The notes below the pieces were generated by a model. It made no database searches. It was not told the DNA's origin and saw only the letters and a list, made by a program, of their open reading frames with translations. From Actinomycetes bacterium (lineage in GTDB: Bacteria > Actinomycetota > Acidimicrobiia > Acidimicrobiales > RAAP-2), in NCBI GenBank assembly GCA_021846325.1, contig JAJZBX010000006.1, positions 13,841-77,840 on the forward strand: DNA of 64,000 nucleotides, given 5' to 3'. Shown in pieces: positions 56,025-64,000 of the stretch (position 1 is the first letter of the stretch; each line of letters opens with the position of its first letter). Made by a program: the position numbers and the translations under genes.

Positions 56025-57559
56025 GTGACGCCCTCGTGACCAAGCGCTCACGCAAGCAGGCCAAGGGGCGATACGGCGTCATCGGCAAGGCGGTCGACGA
56101 ACTCGACGAGCGCCTGGGCGTCGCCAAGGGCGGGCGCGGCTTCCTCGACAAGATCTTTCCCGACCACTGGTCGTTCATGCTCGGCGAGATCGCGCTCTAC
56201 TCGTTCGTCATTTTGCTGGCCACCGGCGTCTTCTTGTCCTTTTACTACATCCCCAGCTCGGCGATCGTGACGTACCACGGGAGCTACCTGCCCCTCGACG
56301 GCCAGTCGATGACCGCCTCGTTCGCCTCGACGGTCAACCTCTCCTTCGCGGTGCGCGCCGGCCTGCTGATGCGCCAGATGCACCACTGGGCAGCGGACAT
56401 CTTCATCGGATCGATGGTCGTGCACATGGCGCGGGTCTTCTTTACCGGGGCCTTTCGCAAGCCGCGCGAACTGAACTGGACCGTCGGCGTCACGCTGTTG
56501 ACCCTGGCGATTGTCAACGGCTTTCTCGGCTACTCCCTGCCCGACGACCTGGTGTCGGGCACCGGCATTCGCATCGCCTACTCGATCATCCTCTCGGTGC
56601 CCGTGGTCGGGACGTACCTCGCCTTTTTCATCTTCGGCGGGAACTTTCCCGGCACCGCGGTCATTCCGCGCTTCTTCATCCTCCACGTGTTGATCGTGCC
56701 GGGCATCATGCTGGCCCTGGTGGTGGCCCACATGGTGCTCATGGTGCGCCAGAAGCACACCCAATTCCCAGGGGAGGGCAAGACCGAGTCCAACGTCGTC
56801 GGCTCGCCCTTGTTCCCGGTGTTCTTGGCCAAGACGACGGGCTTCATGCTGATCGTTACCGGCGTGACCGCCCTGCTTGGGGCCTTCGCCCAGATCAACC
56901 CGATCTGGCAGTTCGGTCCCTACGACGCGGCGCGGATTTCCTACGCCGTGCAGCCGGACTGGTACATGGGCTTCCTCGACGGGGCGCTGCGCATCTTCCC
57001 GTCGTGGTCGTTTCACAGCTTCGGGCACACCATCCCCTTCGAGGTGACCATACCCGCGGTGATCTTTCCGGGTCTGGTCTTTGGGTTGGCCTACGCCTGG
57101 CCGGCCATTGAGCGCCGCGTGACCAAGGACAACGCCATGCACAACCTGCTCGATCGTCCGAGCAGCCGGCCCAAGCGCACCGCCGCCGGGGCCGCGGTGC
57201 TGGCGGCGATGTCGATGCTCTTCATTGCCAGTTCGACCGACGTCATCGCCAACTTCTTCCACGTCTCGCTCAACACGGTGCTCTGGTCGATGCGCGTGCT
57301 CGTGCTCATCTCGCCCTTCGTCGCGTACCCGATCGCGTACAAGATCGCCTCGGAGATGAACGCGACGCGCGGCGCCGGCCGGCGTAAGACGGTCAACGTG
57401 GTGACGCGCACCGAAGAGGGCGAGTACGTCGCCACGCCGGCGCCGGCCTACGCTGATGACGTGGCTCACGACCTCGCGCCCACGCCGGTGCCCGACTTCA
57501 TCGAGGTGACCCCACCCGAACAGCCACCGAGTGACGGCGTACGTACGATCGACCGCTAG
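56021..57559 (+). CDS. qcrB: Cytochrome bc1 cytochrome b subunit
   Basis: FPDHWSFMLGEIALY, RQMHHWAA, KPRELNW, LHVL, QPDWY. Confidence 0.96.
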   Translation: MSDALVTKRSRKQAKGRYGVIGKAVDELDERLGVAKGGRGFLDKIFPDHWSFMLGEIALYSFVILLATGVFLSFYYIPSSAIVTYHGSYLPLDGQSMTASFASTVNLSFAVRAGLLMRQMHHWAADIFIGSMVVHMARVFFTGAFRKPRELNWTVGVTLLTLAIVNGFLGYSLPDDLVSGTGIRIAYSIILSVPVVGTYLAFFIFGGNFPGTAVIPRFFILHVLIVPGIMLALVVAHMVLMVRQKHTQFPGEGKTESNVVGSPLFPVFLAKTTGFMLIVTGVTALLGAFAQINPIWQFGPYDAARISYAVQPDWYMGFLDGALRIFPSWSFHSFGHTIPFEVTIPAVIFPGLVFGLAYAWPAIERRVTKDNAMHNLLDRPSSRPKRTAAGAAVLAAMSMLFIASSTDVIANFFHVSLNTVLWSMRVLVLISPFVAYPIAYKIASEMNATRGAGRRKTVNVVTRTEEGEYVATPAPAYADDVAHDLAPTPVPDFIEVTPPEQPPSDGVRTIDR

Positions 57560-57562
57560 GTC

Positions 57563-58672
57563 GTGGTCCCTCTTCGCTGGGCCGCGGTCGTCGCCTTCGC
57601 GCTCAGTGCCGGCGTAGCCAACCCGACGCCGAGCGCGCCGCGCATCGAGCAGCGGCCGATGCTCGAGCGGCCCCAGGCCGGCTGGATCGTCGCGAGCCGA
57701 TCGGCGCGCGGCGTGATGGTCGACTACCGCAACGTGAAAGTTGGCGACGTGACGTTTCGCGCGCTGCGGTTGCGAGCGCGCTCGACGCTGCTGCGTTGGC
57801 ACGCCGGATCGACGGACCCGACGCCGGCGAGCCTGCCGCCGGACGCCGCGTCGAGCATCGACTGGGCGTCCGAGGGCCGCGCCGGGGTCGTCGCGGTCTT
57901 TAACGGCGCCTTCAAGGCCGCCGCGGGCAGCGGCGGCGCCGCGGTCGACGGCATCGTCCTGTCGGCCCTGCAGCGCAACCGGATGACGATCGCGCTCGAC
58001 GCGGCTGGCCACTGGGCGATGGGCCTGTGGGGAGCAGCGAACTTTCCGCCACGGGGCTTTCGGCCCATCAGCCTGCGCCAGAACCTCGGGCCGCTCGTCT
58101 GGAATGGGCGCGTGACGCCCGCTGCTCGCTCGCCGGACTGGCGCCAGTGGGGTGACCCGCTCCACGAGGTCCCCACGGTGGCGCGCACGGCGCTCGGCGT
58201 CAATCGGGCGGGCGACCTCATTTACGTCGCGACGATGCAGCCGACCCTCGCCGGTCCACTCGCCCAGGCGCTCGTCGCGCTGGGCGCGGTGACCGGCATG
58301 GAGCTCGACATCAACCCCTACTGGCCGATTCTGGGCGCCCCCTTCGCGCCGCTGCACCGGGCCGGACCGATGCCCGTGCAGCTGCCTGACTCGATGCACA
58401 GCCCGACCATCTACGAAACGGGGTGGCAGCGTGACTTCTTCGTCGCCCTGGCCGAACCGTCGTCGTGGCGGTGCTGGTGGACCTCGCCGGGTCTGCGCGG
58501 GCCGGGGCTGCAGCCCCAGCCGCTGCACCAGGCCGGCCCCGGCTGCTCGTCGTCGGCCCGTTCGAGCGAGCCCGCGACCACGGTGGGCCCAACGACCTCG
58601 ACCTCGACCACGTCGAGTGTGGCCACGACCACGGCCGCGACGACGAGCGTGACCGCGCCCGCGTCGCCCTAG
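57563..58672 (+). CDS. Secreted phosphodiester glycosidase (NAGPA-like) with Ser/Thr-rich tail
   Basis: FNGAF, QNLGPLVWNG, ARTALGV, GMELDIN; C-terminal STSTTSSVATTT. Confidence 0.75.
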   Translation: MVPLRWAAVVAFALSAGVANPTPSAPRIEQRPMLERPQAGWIVASRSARGVMVDYRNVKVGDVTFRALRLRARSTLLRWHAGSTDPTPASLPPDAASSIDWASEGRAGVVAVFNGAFKAAAGSGGAAVDGIVLSALQRNRMTIALDAAGHWAMGLWGAANFPPRGFRPISLRQNLGPLVWNGRVTPAARSPDWRQWGDPLHEVPTVARTALGVNRAGDLIYVATMQPTLAGPLAQALVALGAVTGMELDINPYWPILGAPFAPLHRAGPMPVQLPDSMHSPTIYETGWQRDFFVALAEPSSWRCWWTSPGLRGPGLQPQPLHQAGPGCSSSARSSEPATTVGPTTSTSTTSSVATTTAATTSVTAPASP

Positions 58673-58691
58673 GGGGCGGGGCCGACGTGTC

Positions 58692-58697
58692 TAGCAT
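58692..58697 (+). promoter_or_regulatory. -10 (TAGCAT) of leaderless hut operon
   Basis: TANNNT-N6-GTG. Confidence 0.55.
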
Positions 58698-58703
58698 GGG
58701 TCC

Positions 58704-59609
58704 GTGAGCGCGACGCCCGATCCTCGCTGGCCGTCGGCCGCGTCGCTGATCGCGGAACGTGCGCGCGAGGGACGTCGCGTCGTCAGCCTGGTCGGCGTCT
58801 CGACGTACCTGACGTCGGTGACGCCGCGGTCGTGGCACAGCACGCCGGCGGCGGTGCGCGAGGCCTTCGAGCGCTTCTCGACGTGGTCGTACCGCGACGG
58901 CGTGGACCTGGCCGACGTGGTGAGCGTGGTCGATCGCGGCGACGTCTTTGACCCCGACGGCGAGGGGGGGACCGAACGCGTGGCGAGCGCCCTGGCTCGC
59001 GACCCGCAGGCCGAGCTGCGCGTCATCCTGGGCGGCGACAATGCCGCGACCTGGCACGCGCTGGGGGCGCTCGGTGGTGACGACCTGGGTCGGTGGGGCC
59101 TGATCACCCTGGACGCCCACCTCGATCTTCGCGACGGCGTCTCTAATGGCTCGCCGGTTCGCCAACTCCTGGCGGCTGGCCTGGACGGCTCGCGCGTCGT
59201 CCAGGTGGGTCTCGCCGACTTCGCCAACTCGCCCTTCTACGCGGCACGCGCCGTCGAGGCCGGCATCACCGTCTGGCCGCGCGACGTCGTTCGCGAGCGC
59301 GGGATCGCGGCCGTCGTCGATGACGCGCTGGCGCTCGCCGGCGCCGACGGCCGGCCGATCTACGTCGACGTTGACCTCGACGTCGCCGACCGCGCGATCG
59401 CACCGGGCTGTCCGGCCGCGGTGCCCGGTGGACTGTCGGCCGACGAGCTACGCACGGCGGTGCGCCGAATCACGAGCGATGAGCGCGTGCGCGCGATCGA
59501 CTTCACCGAGGTCGACGTCGGTCGAGACAGCGACGATCAGCGGACCGTGCGCCTGATGGCGCTCTTGGTCCTCGAGGCCCTCGCGGGTGTGGGGAGACGA
59601 ACGAGATGA
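58704..59609 (+). CDS. hutG: Formimidoylglutamase (arginase family)
   Basis: GGDN, LDAHLDLRD, DVDLDV, PGG; first gene of the hut cluster. Confidence 0.85.
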   Translation: MSATPDPRWPSAASLIAERAREGRRVVSLVGVSTYLTSVTPRSWHSTPAAVREAFERFSTWSYRDGVDLADVVSVVDRGDVFDPDGEGGTERVASALARDPQAELRVILGGDNAATWHALGALGGDDLGRWGLITLDAHLDLRDGVSNGSPVRQLLAAGLDGSRVVQVGLADFANSPFYAARAVEAGITVWPRDVVRERGIAAVVDDALALAGADGRPIYVDVDLDVADRAIAPGCPAAVPGGLSADELRTAVRRITSDERVRAIDFTEVDVGRDSDDQRTVRLMALLVLEALAGVGRRTR

Positions 59610-61138
59610 CCGTGGAGGTGGGTCTCGGGGCCCTGACGCGCGCCCAGGTGATCGCGGTGGCGCGCGACGGCGAATTGGTCGAGATCTCGAGCGCGGTGCT
59701 CGAGCGGCTCGCGACCCAGCGGCGCGCGATCGACGCGCTGGTCGAGAGCGGCACGCCGGTCTACGGCCTCTCGACCGGCTTCGGTGCCTTGGCGACCACG
59801 TTCATCACACCCGACCAGCGGCGAGACCTCCAGCGCTCGCTCATCCGATCCCACGCGGCGGGCGTCGGCGGCGAGGTCGAGACCGAGGTCGTGCGCGCGA
59901 TGATGACCTCCCGACTGACCAACCTGTGCAGCGGGGTGTCCGGCGTGCGCCCGTCGACGGCGCTCGCCTACGCGGCGCTCCTCAACGCCGGGATTACGCC
60001 GATCGTTCACGAGTACGGGTCCCTGGGTTGTTCGGGCGACCTCGCACCGCTCGCCCACGTCGCCCTCGCGCTGATGGGCGAGGGCGAGGTGCGAGACGCC
60101 CGCGGTGAGCGACAGCGCGCGCTCGAGGCACTCGAGGCGGCCGCGCTGGCGCCGGTGACCCTGGCCGAGAAGGAGGGCCTCGCCCTGATCAACGGAACCG
60201 ACGGCATGCTCGGGCAGCTGATCTTGGCCATCGACGACCTCGAGTCGCTGCTCGACCACGCTGACCTGGCGGCGGCGCTTTCAATTCAGGCGCTGCGCGG
60301 CACCGATCGCGTCTTCGCCGCCGAAATCCACGCGCTGCGGCCCCACCCGGGCCAGCGCACCAGCGCGGCCAACCTGTTCGCGCTGCTGGGCGACTCACCG
60401 ATCGTCCAGTCGCACCTCGATGATCCCAGTCAGGTCCAAGACGCTTACTCGCTGCGCTGTGCCCCGCAAGTCCACGGCGCGGCGCGCGACACGCTCACCC
60501 ACGCCACCCGCGTGGCCGACATCGAACTGGCCTCGGCGATCGACAATCCGTCAATCCTTCGCGACGGGACGCTCGTCTCCAACGGCAACTTTCACGGCGC
60601 CCCGATTGGCTACGTGCTCGATTTTCTCGCGATCGCCGTTGCCGACCTCGCGTCGATCGCCGAGCGGCGAACCGATCGTCTGCTCGACGTGGACCGCAGC
60701 TGGGGCCTGCCACCGTTCCTCGCCGATCAGGCCGGGGTGGACTCGGGGCTGATGATCGCCCAGTACTCCCAGGCGGCGATGGTGAGTGAGTTGAAGCGGC
60801 TGGCCGTTCCGGCGAGCGTCGACTCGATTCCGTCCTCGGGCATGCAAGAGGATCACGTGTCGATGGGCTGGCACGCCGCGCGCAAACTACGCCGGGCGAT
60901 CGATGGGCTCACCGACGTGCTGGCGATCGAGTTGCTGGCCGCGGCCCGAGCGTTGGCGCTGCGCGCGCCGCTCGAGCCGTCGCCGGTCACCGCGGCCGTG
61001 CGCGATCGAATCAACGAGGCCTCGGGTGGTCCCGGTCACGACCGTTGGCTGGCGCCATCGATCGCCGCGGTGGGTGAGCTCGTTCGCGAGGACGTCTTGC
61101 TCGCCCTCGTGGGTGATCGCCTCGAGTCGAGGTCCTAG
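59606..61138 (+). CDS. hutH: Histidine ammonia-lyase
   Basis: [49 protein letters not shown]. Confidence 0.97.
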   Translation: MTVEVGLGALTRAQVIAVARDGELVEISSAVLERLATQRRAIDALVESGTPVYGLSTGFGALATTFITPDQRRDLQRSLIRSHAAGVGGEVETEVVRAMMTSRLTNLCSGVSGVRPSTALAYAALLNAGITPIVHEYGSLGCSGDLAPLAHVALALMGEGEVRDARGERQRALEALEAAALAPVTLAEKEGLALINGTDGMLGQLILAIDDLESLLDHADLAAALSIQALRGTDRVFAAEIHALRPHPGQRTSAANLFALLGDSPIVQSHLDDPSQVQDAYSLRCAPQVHGAARDTLTHATRVADIELASAIDNPSILRDGTLVSNGNFHGAPIGYVLDFLAIAVADLASIAERRTDRLLDVDRSWGLPPFLADQAGVDSGLMIAQYSQAAMVSELKRLAVPASVDSIPSSGMQEDHVSMGWHAARKLRRAIDGLTDVLAIELLAAARALALRAPLEPSPVTAAVRDRINEASGGPGHDRWLAPSIAAVGELVREDVLLALVGDRLESRS

Positions 61139-61160
61139 GAACGTCGCTGTTCGCGGCGCA

Positions 61161-61192
61161 AGTTGGCGGGCCGTTCGCAGCGCTCGCCAACT
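61161..61192 (+). terminator. 11-bp stem / 10-nt loop hairpin between hutH and hutU (attenuating or stabilising; no U-tract)
   Basis: agttggcgggc (61161-61171) pairs with gctcgccaact (61182-61192), one G.U pair. Confidence 0.4.
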
Positions 61193-61229
61193 ACCGGCGG
61201 TGCTAGAGATGAAGCGAAGGAGGTGCACG

Positions 61230-62888
61230 ATGGACGGAGCACGACCGGTGCGCGCGGCGCGCGGCACCACGCTCTCAACGCTCGGGTGGCCCCAAGAGGC
61301 GGCGTTGCGAATGCTGCAGAACAACTTGGATCCCGAGGTCGCCGAACGGCCCGATGACCTCGTCGTCTACGGGGGGACCGGGCGCGCGGCGCGCGACTGG
61401 CGCAGTTTTGACGCGCTCGTGCGAACGCTACAGACCCTGAAGGGTGACGAGACGATGCTCGTCCAGTCGGGACGACCGGTCGGGGTTGTGGCGACCCACG
61501 AGTGGGCCCCGCGGGTGCTGATCGCCAATTCGAACCTCGTGCCCGACTGGGCCACGTGGCCCGAGTTCCGCCGCCTGGAGGCGATGGGGCTCACGATGTA
61601 CGGCCAGATGACGGCCGGATCCTGGATCTATATCGGCACCCAGGGGATTCTCCAGGGGACCTACGAGACCTTCGCGGCGGTCGCCGCCAAGCGCTTTGGC
61701 GGGACCCTCGCCGGTACCCTCACGCTCACCGGCGGGGTCGGGGGCATGGGCGGCGCGCAGCCGCTCGCGGTCACGATGAACGACGGGGTGTGCCTGTGCG
61801 TGGACGTCGACCCGACGCGGCTGGCCCGGCGCACCGAGCTTGGCTACCTCGATGAGTGGACCCAGGACCTCGACGACGCCGTGCGCCGAGTCGTGGCGGC
61901 CAAGGCGGCGCGCCGGGCGCTCAGCGTGGGCGTCGTGGGCAACGCGGCGAGGGTTTTCCCCGAGCTGTTGCGCCGCGGGGTCGAGATCGACATCGTGACC
62001 GACCAGACCTCGGCGCACGATCCGCTGAGCTACCTGCCCGATGGCGTCGACCTCGAGGACTGGCACGACTACGCCGACAAGAAGCCCGAGGAGTTCACCG
62101 ACCGGGCCCGCCAGTCGATGGCTCGCCACGTCGAGGCGATGGTCGGCTTCTTGGACCAGGGCGCCGAGGTCTTTGACTACGGCAACTCCATCCGCGGTGA
62201 GGCCGCCCTGGGCGGTTACGGTCGCGCCTTCGCCTTCCCCGGCTTCGTGCCGGCCTATATCCGCCCCCTGTTCTGTGAGGGCAAGGGACCGTTCCGGTGG
62301 GCGGCGCTCTCGGGTGATCCGCGCGACATCGCGCGCACCGATCGAGCGGTGCTCGAGCTCTTTAGCGACAACGAGCCGCTGCGGCGCTGGATCACCAAAG
62401 CCGAGGAGCGCGTCAGCTTTCAGGGACTGCCGGCGCGGATCTGTTGGCTCGGCTACGGCGAACGTGACCGGGCCGGTCTCGCCTTTAACCGTCTCGTTGA
62501 GCGGGGCGAAGTTGCCGCGCCGATCGTGATCGGGCGCGATCACCTGGACAGCGGGTCGGTCGCCTCGCCGTATCGCGAGACCGAGGCGATGCTCGACGGC
62601 TCGGACGCGATCGCGGACTGGCCGCTGCTCAACGCGCTCGTCAACACCGCGTCGGGGGCGTCGTGGGTCTCGATCCACCACGGCGGTGGGGTCGGGATAG
62701 GCCGCTCGATTCACGCGGGACAGGTCTGCGTGGCCGACGGCACCGCGCTCGCCGCGCGCAAGCTCGAACGCGTCCTCACCAACGACCCCGCCATGGGCGT
62801 CATCCGCCACGTCGACGCCGGCTACGAGGTGGCCGAGGCGACGGCCGCCGAGCGCGGGGTGCGGATCCCGATGCGCGAGGGGACGTGA
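61230..62888 (+). CDS. hutU: Urocanate hydratase
   Basis: [45 protein letters not shown]; Shine-Dalgarno aaggaggt upstream. Confidence 0.98.
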   Translation: MDGARPVRAARGTTLSTLGWPQEAALRMLQNNLDPEVAERPDDLVVYGGTGRAARDWRSFDALVRTLQTLKGDETMLVQSGRPVGVVATHEWAPRVLIANSNLVPDWATWPEFRRLEAMGLTMYGQMTAGSWIYIGTQGILQGTYETFAAVAAKRFGGTLAGTLTLTGGVGGMGGAQPLAVTMNDGVCLCVDVDPTRLARRTELGYLDEWTQDLDDAVRRVVAAKAARRALSVGVVGNAARVFPELLRRGVEIDIVTDQTSAHDPLSYLPDGVDLEDWHDYADKKPEEFTDRARQSMARHVEAMVGFLDQGAEVFDYGNSIRGEAALGGYGRAFAFPGFVPAYIRPLFCEGKGPFRWAALSGDPRDIARTDRAVLELFSDNEPLRRWITKAEERVSFQGLPARICWLGYGERDRAGLAFNRLVERGEVAAPIVIGRDHLDSGSVASPYRETEAMLDGSDAIADWPLLNALVNTASGASWVSIHHGGGVGIGRSIHAGQVCVADGTALAARKLERVLTNDPAMGVIRHVDAGYEVAEATAAERGVRIPMREGT

Positions 62889-64000
62889 CGACGCGACTGA
62901 TCCGCTCGATCGGCGAGCTGACGACGAACGACCCGTCACTGGGTGACGGCACGGCGCTTGGACGCCTGCGCGACGCCGCGATGGTGGTTGACGAGTCGCG
63001 GGTCTTGTGGGTGGGGCCCCAGTCGCGCGCACCCGACTGCGACGAGGTCATCGACGTCGACGGCGCCGCGGTGACCCCGGGCTTCGTCGACTGTCATACC
63101 CACCTGGTCTTCGCCGGTGAGCGAAGCGATGAGTTCGAAGCGCGCATGTCGGGGGCGACCTACGACGGTGGCGGCATCGCGAGGACGGTGGCGGCGACCC
63201 GGGCGGCGTCAACCAGCGACCTGCGCACCGTCAGCCACGCGCGCGCCGCGGCCCTGCGCCGTTCGGGGGTCACGACCCTGGAGGTGAAGTCGGGCTACGA
63301 CCTGACGGTCGAGGGCGAGGCGCGACTGCTCGACGTCGCGGCCTCGATCACCGACGAGGTGACCTTCCTCGGCGCCCACGTGGTGCCACCCGAGTTCGAC
63401 CGCGACGCCTACGTCGACCTGGTGTGCGGCGCGATGATGGAGCGTTGCGCGCCGCTCGCGCGATGGGCCGACGTGTTCTGCGACCGAGGCGCCTTCAGCG
63501 TCGACGAGTCGCGCGCCGTGCTGGGCGCGGCCGCGGCGGCGGGTCTCGAGCTGCGCGTGCACGCCCAGCAACTGGGACTGACCGGCGGGGTCGCGCTGGC
63601 CGTCGAGGTCGGCGCCGCGAGCGTCGATCACTGCACCCACGTCACCGACGACGACCTCGAGGCGCTGGCCAGCTCGACCACCGTGGCGGTTCTGCTGCCC
63701 GGCGCCGAGTTCGCGACGCGCTCGAGGTATCCGTCGGCCCGGCGTTTCGTCGACGTCGGCGTGACGCTCGCGATCGCCACCGACTGCAATCCGGGAACCT
63801 CGTACCTCACCAGCATGCCGATCGCGATGGCCCTGGCGGTGCGCGAAATGGGGCTGAGTGCCGACGAGGCGCTCTACGCCGCGACCCGCGGCGGCGCGGC
63901 GGCGCTGCGTCGACCCGATCTCGGTCACCTCGGCGTCGGCGCGCGCGCCGACTTCCTCATCCTCGACGCGCCGCGCGCCGCGCACCTCGTGTACCGCCTC
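62885..64000 (+). CDS. hutI: Imidazolonepropionase (3'-truncated by window end)
   Basis: Not in the ORF track because there is no stop in the window: [12 protein letters not shown]...[14 protein letters not shown]...EVKSGY...VHAQQL...DHCTH...ATDCNPG. Confidence 0.93.
   Translation, partial: MTTRLIRSIGELTTNDPSLGDGTALGRLRDAAMVVDESRVLWVGPQSRAPDCDEVIDVDGAAVTPGFVDCHTHLVFAGERSDEFEARMSGATYDGGGIARTVAATRAASTSDLRTVSHARAAALRRSGVTTLEVKSGYDLTVEGEARLLDVAASITDEVTFLGAHVVPPEFDRDAYVDLVCGAMMERCAPLARWADVFCDRGAFSVDESRAVLGAAAAAGLELRVHAQQLGLTGGVALAVEVGAASVDHCTHVTDDDLEALASSTTVAVLLPGAEFATRSRYPSARRFVDVGVTLAIATDCNPGTSYLTSMPIAMALAVREMGLSADEALYAATRGGAAALRRPDLGHLGVGARADFLILDAPRAAHLVYRL

Noticed and set aside
38457-63032. 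Very long antisense ORFs (e.g. 38457-40037, 45518-47203, 56048-58528, 61428-63032)
   Set aside because: Shadow frames of high-GC genes; no motifs, and they lie opposite unambiguous CDSs.

Overview
High-GC actinobacterial chromosome segment, probably Acidimicrobiia (inferred from gene content; no database search possible). About 1-16 kb is accessory: a visibly lower-GC DNA-processing island (nuclease-fold protein, STAS-HATPase-DUF4325 protein, RecQ, helicase IV-like helicase/nuclease) off the 3' end of an atypical tRNA-Lys(UUU), a decayed DDE transposase, a tnpB element, an ART-like hypothetical and a cluster of secreted proteins. From about 16.3 kb on it is core genome: mini-DksA, sodN/sodX, mshA-ybjN-proC-rex-hemACDBL, menJ-like reductase, complete nuoA-N, ATP-grasp ligase, MprF/LysX-like fusion, HAD phosphatase, hemEHG, HelD/HelR-like ATPase, ctaE-qcrCAB, a phosphodiester glycosidase and hutG-H-U-I (truncated). 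The standout is a 1,490-bp element (8524-10013) whose only gene is a catalytically intact tnpB. It fills the space between about 65-bp terminal inverted repeats and is flanked by an 8-bp direct repeat (GAATGTAC). These are DDE/TIR-transposon ends rather than IS200/IS605 or IS607 ends, and the predicted guide would come from the element's own TIR. All alignments and counts were done by hand.
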